Below are positions 26,682 to 40,200 of a DNA stretch of 64,000 nucleotides, piece after piece. The stretch covers positions 67,766,001 to 67,830,000 of the forward strand of contig CM060733.1 of NCBI GenBank assembly GCA_030704615.1. Direction: 5' to 3'. Numbering within the stretch: position 1 is the stretch's first letter; every line of letters starts with the position of its first letter. The translations under genes were made by a program, and so were the position numbers. A model generated the notes under the pieces. The model did no database searches. It was not told where the DNA came from and saw nothing but the letters and a program-made list of their open reading frames with translations. This DNA comes from Takakia lepidozioides. Its lineage: Eukaryota; Plantae; Bryophyta.

Positions 26682-29600
26682 ATGGAGCCTCAAGCGGAGG
26701 AAGAGGGGGAGTTTGTGCTGCCCACGCAAACACGCATACTGCGCGGGCGGACGGTAGTCCCCCAACAGAGCAGCGAGGGTGCTAGACCTCCCAGAAAATT
26801 AGTGAAACTTCGTAAGAAATCAACGACTTCACAGGAAGGTGGTTTGGTGTCTACAGCGGCCACACCATCAATGGATCGTCCTCCCCTCTCCCCCGGTTTT
26901 CGAAGCGGTGCATCGCCAGGTCCAGCAACGAGCGCACAGGGTGGCGGACCTGCTCAAAATGTTGCAAGTGTGCAAGACAGTGTTCCGGCAGATGTTGTTT
27001 TGACTGGCGACATGCGGAAGCAAGCCCTACTCTCACTTACTACAAGTGCCACAAACCACACAATGAGTTCTATTTCGCACTTGCTGCGGAATGGTGCTCC
27101 GCCAAGGATACCATTATGCAGGATGCAGCCCCTCCCGGCTGTGCGCATGGCTGAGCGTCTAGGCATCAACAAGCTTAAGTTGTATTTTGAGGCGGACAGG
27201 TACAATGATGCACTTGCATCACTACTACTTTTCATCAACGACGACAGTGGACAAAGCCAAGAAATCCAACAAGGAGATCGGGATGTATGGTCTGAACATT
27301 GGCAGACAGCGGATGCAGCATTTGAGTAAGACATAAAGAACACGGAGTGGGAGTTTCTCTCCAACAAATGGCTGCACATCTACGACGGGAATCACAGGTG
27401 GTATGCTTGGATGGAGGTCATATGCGAGCAGCGCAGACGAGGCGAGCTCGCACTACCGGGTGAACGCCAAGATTATGGATGTGAAGAGTTCCGATCTGGG
27501 CCTCATACGGCGTGCAATGAATCGTATGAATGTGTGAGTTTTTTTCTCCTCTTCTGCTCACATGAGCATAGGTATAGGGTTTAGCAATTCGGGGATGTCG
27601 TTTGCATGGGGTTGCAGGTCTTGCATAAGCAGTCCCAGTGGGTGCTTCGTGGACCAATTCATTAATTAGACGTGTAGTGTGAGATGGAGTGGGAAGTATT
27701 GCCTGGTGGGAGGGAGTTCAGAGAAGATTCCCACAATGCCTCCGTTGACAACCGCCTCGCTAAAAGTATGGTCTGCGCCGACTATACCATGGAGCCCACC
27801 CTAAACCCTAAAATCCCTGCTCAGTTTTGTAGGTAGTACTTTTTTTCACGAATTTCAATAAGGTCCATGGTCACATGAAGGTCTTGTTCCGTGCGTTTTG
27901 CGGCGTGACAGATCGTGGAAATGTGTCCAACGAGCTTCCGCACAAGCTATTCTACTTCTAGAAGTGCGCAACTACACCTGTTGAGCAGTACCAATCAGCT
28001 CTTCCAGCGGACGTCTACGAGAAATGCTTGAACAAGCGGGATGGGAACTGGATGACAATGCCGCGGGACGCCCTAATAGAGTATATGGGTCAGGAGGGAT
28101 TCCGTAGAATTAGAAACGCCTACTTGGATGCCCATGCCCACCTGCCTGCCACCGCTGAGAACACCGACCTCATCCGGAAGAAACTGGCAAGCGATTTCCA
28201 GGTGCACAGGACGAAGTGGTACACCAAAATCGCAAAATATTCTTCAATCTGCAATCCTGCACTGGGAACTGGCTTTCTTTTTTAGATAACCATGCATTAC
28301 AAGTCTCTTGCCGTCAACCAGAAGCCGGAAATGACTCTCGAGAAGTTGCAGATGCTTGCCACGAGCGAGGTCAGCCCGAAGGAGAAGATTTTATGGTTGA
28401 AGCTGTGGAATTATGACTCGACAACCTGCAAAAATGGAAAATTCCCCCATGCTCCAACAGATGTGGTGTTTGGCTTGTGGTGCGACAAAATGACATGGTG
28501 GTTCTAGGTGAGATGTTGGCAATACTAGTGGTGGCTTCATGTTACAATTATTGCAATTTCTTATCTCTAACAATTGACGTGGTGGACTCGCAGCAAAAGA
28601 AGGAAGTAGAGCGGCAGTTGGCCATGCTGGTTGAGAAAGGGTTCCTGCAACTGCCAACCCAAGAAGAGGCTCCCCTCTGAAGACCCTCTCTGTCTGGGTG
28701 GACGATTTCCGCCTCAAGTTCTGGAAGGATCTATTCTGGTGCGAGATGAAGGATGGGCCTGCCCGCAGTTGGCCAATTACTGAGCAGCCTGGTGGAACTT
28801 TACCAGCTCGCAGGCTCCTGTACAAGTACATAATTGTCAATGCAATTCACCCACCCTCCGCATATGCCATACAACATAATGGGTGTGGGAAGTAGCGGTC
28901 GAAAAAGAATATGTAGGCTCGTTGTAGTCGGCAAACATTCCGGTAGTCGGCAGTAGTGTTGTTGCTCGTGGTTGGCGCCGACTACTGGGCTCAGACATTG
29001 TACTCATAGTCGGCAACGACTAAAGAAAGGCGCCATTGGGTATAGGGTAGGGTATAGGGTATTGGGTAAAGGGTAGCCATTGGGTATGGTCGGCAACGAC
29101 TATACCAAGCCGGCCCTGTCGTATCCAAATTGGCCTGGTCATAGTCGCCACCGACTATGACACAGGTTTTGCCCCTTGGGAGTGCATAGTCGCTGCCGAC
29201 TATTGCAAGAGGGCCGTGACTACTGCCCGCAAATTCAAAACAAACTCAATTTTATATAGGGCAGCCGTTGGGTATAGGGTAGCCATTGGGTATAGATAGC
29301 AACGACTATAGTAAGCCGGCCCTCTCGTAGCCAAAGTTGGCCTGGTCATAGTCGCCACCGACTATGACACGGGTTTTGCCCCTTATTGGTTCATAGTCGC
29401 TGCCGACTATTGCAAATGGGCCGTGACTACTGCCCACAAATTAAAAACCAACTCAATTCAATATAGGGTAGTCATTGGATATAGGGTATCTATTGGGTAT
29501 AGTCGGCAACGACTATAGAAAGCCGGCCCTGTCGTACCCAAAGTTGGCCTGGTCATAGTCGCCAGTGACTATGACACAAGTTTTGCCCTTTACGGAATCA

Positions 29601-30865
29601 TAGTCGCTGTCGACTATTGCAAGAAGGGCGTGACTTTAGCCCGCAAATTAAAAACTAACTCAATTCCATAGTCGGCAACGACTCTGTGGTGGGTCCTTCG
29701 AATCCATGTCGTATAATGTACACCCTTATTCCGGTATCGCCCAGCTGGGAGGGTGGCTAACCCACAGTTAGGAGTCGTAGTTGTCACCGACTATAACACT
29801 GCCATCGAACTATTTGGTGTCATAGTCGCTGCCGACTACTACAACTGGTGAGAGACCAAAAGGTTCGGTTTTATATCATACACTTCTCATTACTATCAGG
29901 CCAATGTCTGTCCTGACGTCGACTTTTCGTGCACTGCAACAGGTACATAAACTTTTATTTGCTCGCCAACAAGCATATCAGGTGTATTCCCGCCAGTGTC
30001 ACACAGTGGGCCAGCCTCCGATCCGACTACACAATGTACAACGGCAGGCAGTTGGGCGAGTACGCTAAAGTCACGCATCTGCCCTGCTATTGGTGGCTAG
30101 ATTTGTCCACCGATATCATTCCTGACGTTGAACTGGAAGTGTATAAGAAGTACATCAAGAACGAACTGGCTGCACCAACTCACATGGAGCCATTGACGAA
30201 AGAGGGTGCCAAGGAGGCTGTAGTTGTCGCTGCCGCACACCTGCAACAAGCGAATACAGCTCTGGAAGAAGCGGTGGCCAAGAAGAAACCAAGGAAAAGG
30301 AAACAGAAACCAAAGAAGACACCCACCACAGGGCAGGCAACCCCCCCCGGCACAAGGCCTGCAGACAATCAAGATGTGGAGGGTGTGGATGAGATAGATG
30401 GTGCTCAGAGGGTAGACAACCAACTGGCGTTTACAGATGCCCTACACAACTTCCAGATTGAGCGAAGGAATCGATCTTCTCGAAACCCTGCTTGGGCAAA
30501 CACAAGTGACGGTAGGGGCATGGAGCTCTCAACCGTGCTGTTTTACGAGGCTATCTCTTTGCGAGAAGGGGTACCAAACACAGACGTAGCATGCCTCAAG
30601 TGCGATTGGTTCCAGCTGGTCATCCGTAGGCTTGCATCCAAAGGAACAACGAGTAAATGGCCAAAGCCTAGGGGAGATATCGACGAGTTTCTGGAGAGGC
30701 ACCGCTCCCCTGAGCCATTGCGTAGGGGTGGCACGGTCCCTAAAGCGGGGGCAGACCTTGTAATGGTGGATCTCCCAGACGGGCAGTCTACCAGAGGATG
30801 TGGCATAGATGACATTGTGCCCGCTTGGAATGCAAAGTCAAGGATACCTTACAAGTGGTTGTGGG
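26682..30865 (+). pseudogene. ParB-like / DNA methyltransferase-like fusion gene, about 4 exons, 3'-truncated
   Basis: Low-complexity N-terminus; IPLCRM..YDGNHRWYAW (DGNHR at 27384-27398); KPEMTLEKLQ..WLKLWN; GADLVMVDLPD (30751-30780)..PAWN. Premature stop at 27327-27329. Confidence 0.75.
29070..29685. repeat. Intronic 207-bp tandem repeat x3, three palindromes per unit
   Basis: GTCATAGTCGCCA starts at 29138, 29345 and 29552. Confidence 0.9.
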
Positions 30866-31384
30866 TTCAAACCACCCCGTTGGTTGTTACAAAGGTGTCC
30901 ACCTTCCTACCGGAAGGCAATAGCCCTTCTGGGTCAAGTGACACCATAAGTAACGCTTGCTTCGGCAACGTGTCCACCTTTCTTTTTTTCTTTTTTTCTT
31001 TTATTACTCTTCTGCAGCGGGATGGCGATCATGGATATAGAATATGACCAATTTTCTACTTGAAGAGGTTGCTGACATTTCATATACATTTTTCTTTGCT
31101 GCCGTTTCGATGTATGAAGAGTGCCAGTTCAATATCCATTTCATTATTTAGTCCAAAAATCGTTGATGTTCTATGTTGTCAACATTGTCCAAGTCCTTCC
31201 ATGGTAATAGGGGGTCCATGTCCACGGGAATAGGCACCGAATGATGTTGGTGACGTGGCGTGAGCCCAGACAACAACCACGTGGAAAACGTGAACGTACG
31301 CTCATGCCACGTCATCAAAGCGTGAGCGTACGCTCACGTCATACGTTCACAGGCTCCGACCTACGCTCACGGCCTAGAGTCGTT

Positions 31385-32200
31385 GGCCACCGACGAGTCG
31401 TACGCTTCCAATCTCAAGTTCTCTGTTGCTCTCAATGGGTCTTTAACTTTTGTTGGTCCTTTGTCCACTCTCTGCTCTATGAAATCAGGATTATTGAGCT
31501 TCCTTCTTGGAAACATAACCCCACCTCTCCTCTGGGTTTGGAGATTGCCTAGGCTAAATCTATGAATTTCATTTGGTTCCTTAGTCTCAACTTACAAGGC
31601 CTTGATCTTGGAGAATGGATGTGGATGGACAAAAATTACATTCCCTTCTTTGGCTATGCTACCAAGATCTGCTACTCACTTCCTAGGGCCCATATCTCGT
31701 TTCATGCTAAATGGAATAGAAAGTGGTCTCTCGACCTTACTTCCCTTTGGAAATTGGTTTGGAAAGAGATTTGGAGGAAAGATAAGGCAGCGAAAATTTT
31801 GTCTTTCTTGTGGAAAATTGCTAATAGAATTCTACATGTTTTGGAGTTCATTTCCCCTGCCTCCCCTCTCTGCCCGTTGTGTGGTACGTTTCCGGAATTA
31901 ATTTGAGCATTGCTTGTTAGGCTGCTCTCTGGCTGACCGTACCTGGTGTTTGGTCTTAGATTTCTACTCTACTTGGAGATCGGTGACCTCTCCCTCTACT
32001 CTATCACCCCTTCTTAATCTTCATGCTGGTTCTCTATGGTGCCTTGCCTCCGTGGGCACTGCTTATGGCACATCTGGAAGCACCGTTGTTCAGTGGTTTA
32101 TGGGGCATCCACCCTCAGTCATAAATTCATTCATTTTAAGATTCACATGGATTTGTTGACTGAGGGGACAAAAACATGGATGATTTTGAGTGCAGCTCTA
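31385..32200 (+). mobile_element. L1-like LINE 3' fragment (zf-RVT region)
   Basis: WKLVWKEIW..KILSFLWKIANRIL..CPLCG..EHCL. Confidence 0.75.
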
Positions 32201-34233
32201 CTCTGAAACCTAATGAGGCTACTCCAGTAAGTGTACCCACTAGTTAGTTTAACTTGTGTGAAGTAACTGCAAGTGGGGCCTAAATTTTATCGGTTTCACT
32301 TAATGGTGCAGTAATTATTAGGTTGCCTACTGTAAGTAAAACACCTGCCTTAAGATAAGTTGCACTTTTCCCCATATTGGAATCGCACCTCAAGAATTCA
32401 AGGATCGCAGGTGAACCGCGCATGACAACTTTGGAACTACATGGGCTGTAATTTGAAGCATCATGAGTCTGGACAGGGATATAACAAAAGAAAATCAATA
32501 CTCTCACACAATATAGTATTACTGGAACTACAAACTCATGTACCATTTGGGAGGTGCTAGCGGCGTGCTGCTTAGAAAGAGAAACATCAGCTATGTTGGC
32601 CCTAAGTAGAAGGCCAGTTGTGCTATCATAGTGTCCTCAAAAACCCACAACAGTCATTGTTCTCTAGGGGCCTCCGTATATCACATTCTTATGAGTTCTC
32701 TAGATTGTCTTGCTTTACGCTATGCAGTGGAATAGAGCACCTAATATCCTCATGGGTACTGTGCCCTGGGAAGACATTCATATCAGGTGAGGCTGCACTA
32801 ACACACTTGTTCAGCATTTCATAGATGCATTAGCTCACTATCAGTAATGCAACCCGCTGTGGAGGTATTGATGGTATACTCAAGAGGACACAAGCATGAG
32901 TATGGCCAATGATGCCCTACATACCCTGCCGGATGCTGTCAAGAGTCACCTCCTAGACTCAAACCAATGCCTCATCTCCATTATGGTCTGGGTGTTGGCC
33001 AAGGCAAAGCACTGCATTGCCTAGGAAGGAGCCATAATGCCATTTGACACCATTATGGGTGTTGTAGCATAGCCGTGCCCAACAATGTTGGTACATGGCA
33101 CCGTAGCGCCATCTCCAACAATATAGTGGTTTGCAGTGCTTGCCTCAGCCAACAACCGGACCATACTGGAGATGGCAACTTGTGCCTGAAAAGCCCAAAA
33201 GACTTCCCATAGAGGAGGTTCCTTATCTCTTGTCCTTGATCCCTCCTGCTGAGAAGTCCATGACAGGTCCCTTGGATATTGTCTGCACCATAAACCCCTC
33301 TTACACACCTGCAATACACCCTTTAGAACCCCTATCTAATTTGACTCCAAACAACTCAAGACTTACCTCCCAATGGAAACACATGAAAACAACATAGCCC
33401 ACAGATGTAACATAAATTTGAATAAGAAAAAATAGCCCTTAGCACTACAATCAATCCAAAATAAAAGGGGGCAGTAGCCGCAAGGTGAAATGGCTCTTAG
33501 TTACGCCGACTTTGGTCAGAGTCTTCACTCTCCACAATAAAACTAACAAACGAAACAAAAGGGATAACCAGTGTACACTTGTACTATGCTCAGGCTTAAG
33601 ATAGCAATTCACACCCTCACAACATACAAGTGCGTCTTCATTGAATAGCCCTACAAATTTTAGTAACCAATTCATTGAAAGAAGTGCACAGGAATAAGGC
33701 TAATGGTTTGTTTGTAAATCTGACGGCAGCTCACTGCCTGTTTTCAATGGCTGGAGCGAATAGGTGACAGTCTCATACAGCACAAGTAAACCACAAAACC
33801 TCCTCTCCTGGAGCGAGAGGAGAGAGACCTAGCCACAAATCCTAGCCACAGGTGAGGGCTGTTTGGAGTTGGCAGGGCTTCATGGTATTAACTTGGGTTA
33901 TGGCTTGAGATGGCGCACTTGCTGTGCAAAGGTCTTGCAGTGCCACCAGGTGGTCCTGGGATGACCTCCCCAGCAATTTGCCAAGAAGAGAGTGTTGAGA
34001 AAGGGATCTACTAATGGACCATGCTCGCCACAGCCTTCAACTTTGTACTGTATGGTTCAATGCTCTAAACAGAGATGGGAGGATATGGGATGGGAGTAAG
34101 AAAGGGGTAGAAGACTGATGGGCACCAAAAAAATTCAGTATCTGCAACACTGCAGTACTACGATCCTTCATATGTTCAGTGAAGAGATTACATTAATTGA
34201 GCCTTCTTAGTCACTGCACTAAAAGCTGATGAA

Positions 34234-37200
34234 TTAGACTAATTGCACAACAGCTGCCACCCGGAGAGAGCCCCCCTGGAGGAGGTCCCCCAGCTCGTCA
34301 AAGAGGAACGCAGTGCGCCAGCCCCATCCTTTTGGTGCTTTTGGAAGTAGCGTGCCTGCCTGTGTAAGGCTGCCCAGTATCATCACTCCCCTCTTTGCTG
34401 GACATATCAACTGCAAGTATTGTGGAGACAAGCAACAAGGAGTTTGAGCAAAACTTGCTAGTGGTGACAGATTTTCTTGAGCTATGTAATACCAGAAAGC
34501 TTCATCACCACTTTCAGGTGAAGCAAACACACTACTACTGTAATCACCAAGGAGGACTGCTACTGTGCCACACTGGAAGCAAGTCCATGGGCTGCACCTC
34601 TATCTTCCTCTTTGTCTCTCTCTCTGTCTTTCCCTCCTGAGGCCTAGTTTTTGGGCAAATCACACACAGCAGATTGATGCTTGTGTGAAGGGATTTCTAG
34701 AGGATATCTGGAAAACCCGGATTAATTCTTTATATGGAGGTAAGTCTTACTACCAACGTCAGCCCCTGACAGAGGTAGGTTCTGTCCCTTTTGTTCCCGC
34801 TCAAACTGGGCGCGGGGTCAATGGCCACAAGGCTACGGCAAACAACGTCTTATGAGTACAATCTCTTAATGGCGGTTGCCGGAAAACAAGTTTATACCTG
34901 CAGCTGAGCTGCGGGGATAAGCTAAACACTGGTGGGTGTGAACCCACACAAGGCTCCAGCAGGGTTAGTTGCCCCGCGTGGTCAATGGCCGTAAGGCTAT
35001 GGCAAGCAAACGTTTGCAGGGAACGACATGAGTCTCTCATGGTCTATGGCCACAAGGCTATCAAACAACTTCTTATGAGTACATTCTCTCTCTCATGATG
35101 GGCAGAAGCCTCCTGTGCCCTGCACACTCCCCAGGCATGTTATTTACCCTAAAATTAAGAACCATGCAACCGGGCTGTTGAGTTTGCATGCAGACAAGTG
35201 CCTCTGTAAGCACCTTAATGACAGTTGTGGGAAAACACATTTATACCTGCAGCTGAGCTGCTGGGATAAGCTAAACCCTGGTGGGTGCGAACCCCACAAA
35301 AGGCTCCGTAGTTTCCTGCCGGGTCAATGGCCGTCGGGCCATGGGTATGCAGGGAACGGCATGAGTACATTCTCTCTCTGAGTCTCAGCCACAAGGCTAT
35401 GGAAAACATCTTATAAGTAGCTCTATGTCTGTCTCAGATCTTCTCCTTCCCTTCTCTACCCCCCAAAAAAGGAATGTACTACATGAAGGTTGCAAAAACT
35501 CACTTGATAACGGGCAGTCACTTTTTCTCGGGTATCAGTATAAAATGAGACCTGCGAACACCAATAAGACACTTGATGACCTCCTTTTAGATCAGGTCTA
35601 GAAGAGCAGAACAACATTCCCAAAATAATGTGAGCCTAGTAAACTTTGCACTCACATATGAAAGGTAGCCAAAGATTAAAACATAGCCACATCCAAGGTA
35701 AAGGACAGCACATGAGATGAAAACAAAGGCATCAGGACAAAATGACCAGGAAAAGAAACAACAAAAAGGAAGGAATCCAGAGAGAATGCAGTCTTATCAC
35801 TTAGAGAGTCAATCCAAGAGAACAAAACCACCAACTGTATCATGGATAACAGAGAACAGCTGTCATAACTCCTACTGACACATCAGTTCCCCACAGAAGA
35901 GTGTAGCTTAAGTTTCTAGTACGAAAATAGGAGAAAAGTCAAAAGCACCGGGTTGCCGGAAAAGAGCACTAAGCCGAGAAGGCTACTTTCAAACATCAGA
36001 CCCCTAAAAATTAAGCTGAATTGGGAACCCACTGTACTCCCAAGTACCTTTCTGTGAGACCCAACATCTTCAGCTTTGCGGCGATGCAAAAATAGACCTG
36101 TGCACCATAACACCGCTGTCAACTCTTTGGACTCCAAATTTGGATGGATGGCTGATACCTTGGGAATCAGAGGCAAACTAGAATATAACACCATCGGAAC
36201 TGTAAGAGCAGCATGTATTAATGTGCTGCACACATTAGTAAAGCTAACTCTACTACCACAACCACTTTTCCAGACTTTTATCAGATTGGACCAACCCTCC
36301 ACATTCAAAATCTACATCCTAGTTTAAAATACCCAATGCAGAAGATCTGCTCAGAGTCTTAGAATACAGATCCAACGAACAGATCAACTGGTGTACTCAT
36401 CTGCAAAAACTGTCTTCTATCTTTTTCTTAATCATCGGCTATCTCATCAGACCACAACCCGAGAAGGTTCAAACAAATACAGACCCCAAATGATATAAGG
36501 GACACTATTTTCATGAATAGACCAAAAGATATCTTTCAACCTAAGTAAGACTAGGTACCAAGGGTGCGTCGGCCACGTGGGTCTTCATCGTTGAAGGCTT
36601 GCACACTCACCTGATATCCGGCCAAAGAACAAGCTGAGTACGAGTACATCATCTGACACCTCTTTAACCATCATATGAGAAACCAAAAAAAATGAGCATT
36701 TTACAACCATCCATTGGGTCTCTGTCTATCACATTATAAGTTAACAGACCACCCTTTTGCTGACTTGATACTGAATTGTACAGAAAATTGAATTCAGGGG
36801 CATCCAATTGGAGCTGAGTTTCTGTGTACTTCTCAAGCACATCTAAATCAACTGGATGGATGAAGACCCGCTCAGACAGAAAGAAGTAAAAAGAGAGGAT
36901 GGGGGCGGAAGGGAGGGAGGAGGTAGACATGCAGTCATTAGATTCTGTTTCTTGCTATCTAGAAAAGAAAAGAGTGAGGAGTGGACCTTCCAAAGGGACC
37001 CAGCATGGAAAGTTTCAGGCGAATGCTTTGACTGGCCATCACCAAGCCTGTGCACCTCCTCAAACTCAACCCTTGGCACATGTGAATCAGGCCAAGGCAG
37101 GTCAAAGTCAGCCATCATCTACTCCCATACCAAAGAAGAACATATGCAAGGGTCCCTTTTGCAGCCTGTCAACCGTGTTTTGTACAGAAGACAACTTTTA

Positions 37201-40200
37201 CATGTAGAAGTACACATTGAGTTCTCTGGTAGACCTTGTTACCTGCTCCCTTACATCAGAACTTAACGTTTACCACCTTCAGCATCACATCAAGCAGATG
37301 AAACCAAATGAGCACACAACAAACCAAGGAATCTTTACCAGAGCCACATACCCAAAACGGAATGGGGGAAAACTGCGAAGCGGGGTGTGCAAATCCAATG
37401 AGATCGAACCACTTTCCCAGTCACCAATGATGTTGAGTTCTTGAGAATTTGCCTTTTGAGGAAGATCGTTGGAGGGAGTTTCTCCCTTCGCAAGCCTAGC
37501 AAACATGGACAATTCCTCTACCCTTCCAATTTCATCTGATTGGCCAGGAGCTGCACTGTTGCCCACACCAGGGCCCCCTTGGATCACCCCCAAGACTCCA
37601 GGTAAATCATCTGTTCCACTGTGAGTAGGCGGGTCCCTTCCCACCAGATCACCCCTTGCACCTGATTGATTGTTTCCCATGCCACTCTGGGTTCCGCCTC
37701 TTGCCCCATAGGCTCCAAAAGAAGGGATATAAAGATACCTTGGGGCTGGCCAGACCCCAGGTGGCCCATATGGTGTTGCCCGGCCAATTCCTGCTAGGCC
37801 GTCCATTGCAGTTCGAGCATGAATTCGTCCTTGCTGCCCTGGAGACTGACCATTTGCACCCCCTCCACTGCCTGTGTCAGCTCCAGAGACCTCAGCCCCA
37901 GGGAGGGCTTGGGCTGAGGAAGACCCAGTGTTTCGATCCTCCCGGTGGTGAACACCAGGTATACGCCCATGGGGGTAACTTGGATTGAATTGCCGGCAAG
38001 TACAAGTCCTGTGGATGAGGCTACAGTTCTTGCAAGTGTCGGCAGCTACAGTGAGCACCTGTTGCCTGAGAAGCGTCTGCCAATGCACAGACGTCAGAAA
38101 AAGAGAATACAGTAGTTACAGTCTATACCAGGCTAAAAGGCAGAATTGGATGTAGATATGAGAAATTTTAGGATAAATTCAACAATGTAAGACTCAATAG
38201 CTATGAAAGTCCAACACTTTGCATCCATACTTGTAACCAAAGACCATCAGCCACTGCTCTGCATGGGAATCCAAGCTCCTCAAGCTGGCCCCGCATGTCA
38301 AGCAAATCGCCAAATGCCATGTGGCAGTAAAGCACACCCCCTCCTTCAAATACGCCCAGAAACGCCTCCCAGTCCTCTGCATTTCCCCATTTGCTAGTGT
38401 TGGCGTAGGCTTTCTTCATCCTCCTTTGCACCACCCGGCCCCCCCAGGAGGGAGACAGGCATGCCCTTTCCCTGGATCCAGAAGACGATCCAGAAGATGT
38501 GTCAAATGCAAATATCCTTCTCAACTGACATGATCATCAGCCACTGAAAATGGCAGCAAATGGTTTCCATTGTCCCTTCAACAAACTTCGACGCAATGCA
38601 ACACCTAGGCTCCTCAACGAAGCTTCCAAGGGTGAAGATGTGTAACAACCTCAAAAATTTGGGAGTACATGTGTCAGTTATTTCACAGGTGGTACCAGGA
38701 AAACAAAGACAACAGAGGAGAGGTCACTTGCAAACCACTTGGACAGGGTGTGTCATGTTCACTTATGTCCCCAATATTCAATAGCTTGACAAGGAGACTG
38801 TAACTTTTGAATAATAGACTTTCTAAGGTTAACATCCGTCGAAGATGAGTACCAAAACAGATAAACTGCAAGCGTACCTTAACCACTGGTCCTGTGCCAC
38901 TCTAGTGTGCGATGTGGAGGATGATGGTGAGTGACCTGGCCCACACTGGTCCCCACCTCTTGCAGGCTCCCAAGATTCCTCGTAACCACACCGTCCACCA
39001 ATACCCACTTCGGTGCCCTGCTCGAGAGTCGAACATGCCTCCCCACTAGTACAGGCCTCCCTACTCTCAATTAAGGACTGGGAGATGTCTGTCTCATGCA
39101 AGGGCTTCCCACATGGCGACCCCATTGGTTGGTCATATAAGCACCCAGAAGCACTCCCAGGAAATTGCTCTGGGTGATCAGGGTTTCTGGGTCTAAGGCT
39201 CTCAGAGTTCAGTGGAGGATAGCGGTCATCACAAAGATTTGCAACTACTGTATCAGCAAGATTGAAAAGAATTTCATGGACAGTTTTCGTAACTTCATTG
39301 GCGTCCCTTAAGTGAGGCGACTCTATGGCCAGCTGCGTCAGCATGCCATCTGATGCAGACCTGAGACAAAAGTTTCACCTTCACAATTGTTACATATGTA
39401 CACAATTTCATGATCGTGTTGCAAAGTCCCCTCTTTAAATTTGTGGGAAAGGACAGAATTCAGATTGAATTGTCAACCAGCCTAGGTATGCACACAACAT
39501 CTACTGACCTTGAACAAGTCTTCTCAAGGGAAGCCTTTTCAACATTTGGGTTATTGCAGAACAATGGAGCCGATGGTTCATCCCCATCCACAGCAGGCGC
39601 ACTTATGATAACAGATCGGTTGGAATGAAGGTCAGACAACTGCGGAATTTCCAGTACTCTCCCTCGAGCCACTAACACACCCAACGCAAGCTCAAATCTG
39701 GAAAGCCAAAACATGTCCATGTGAGTTTCAGACACAATCTGTCTCACGGCTTGGGTCTTCACAACTATTCGAGCAGAGATTTCAAACCGCTCTAAAACCC
39801 ATCTCTCGCATTCTCCTTTTTTTTAGGGTGAGGGAAGAGGGACATCCTGATCAAATTTCATCATATCGGTCTGAGAGCCTAGTAAACTTCGAAATTACAT
39901 TTGAGAGGTAACCAAAACTACAGTGAGATAGCAACATCCAAGTTCAATTAAAGCTCTCAAAGATGAGAACTCAAGCTTGCTGTTTAGTACTGAGAATGTT
40001 GACTTGTATTGAAACCCATGCCTGATAAGATAATGCTAGCTTAGCTTTGCAGGACATATCAGCAGATGTCAAAGAAAGAAAAAGGAGGCAAAGAAAAGAA
40101 GACACAACCTTTTCTCTTCACTAGGGACCCAAAGTTCATCAGAAGTTAACAGAGTACGCAGAGTTTGGGTGGAGAGCTTTGGCAAAATCTGCACAGTGAC

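Larger units (their letters stand above)
22862..31378. mobile_element. Largest copy of the MULE/ParB-MTase element (divergent gene pair, one terminus retained)
   Basis: Minus-strand transposase 5' half, about 2.1-kb spacer, plus-strand ParB-MTase gene, then CGTGAGC/GCTCACG cluster ending GCTCACGGCCTAG at 31365-31377. Confidence 0.7.

Noticed and set aside
28925-29840. Palindrome cluster as a CRISPR array
   Set aside because: The intervening sequences are themselves repeated (207-bp period), the repeats are degenerate, there are no cas genes, and the context is a eukaryotic intron.
32540-33620. Possible LINE/SINE remnant on the minus strand
   Set aside because: Too degenerate to show diagnostic motifs.
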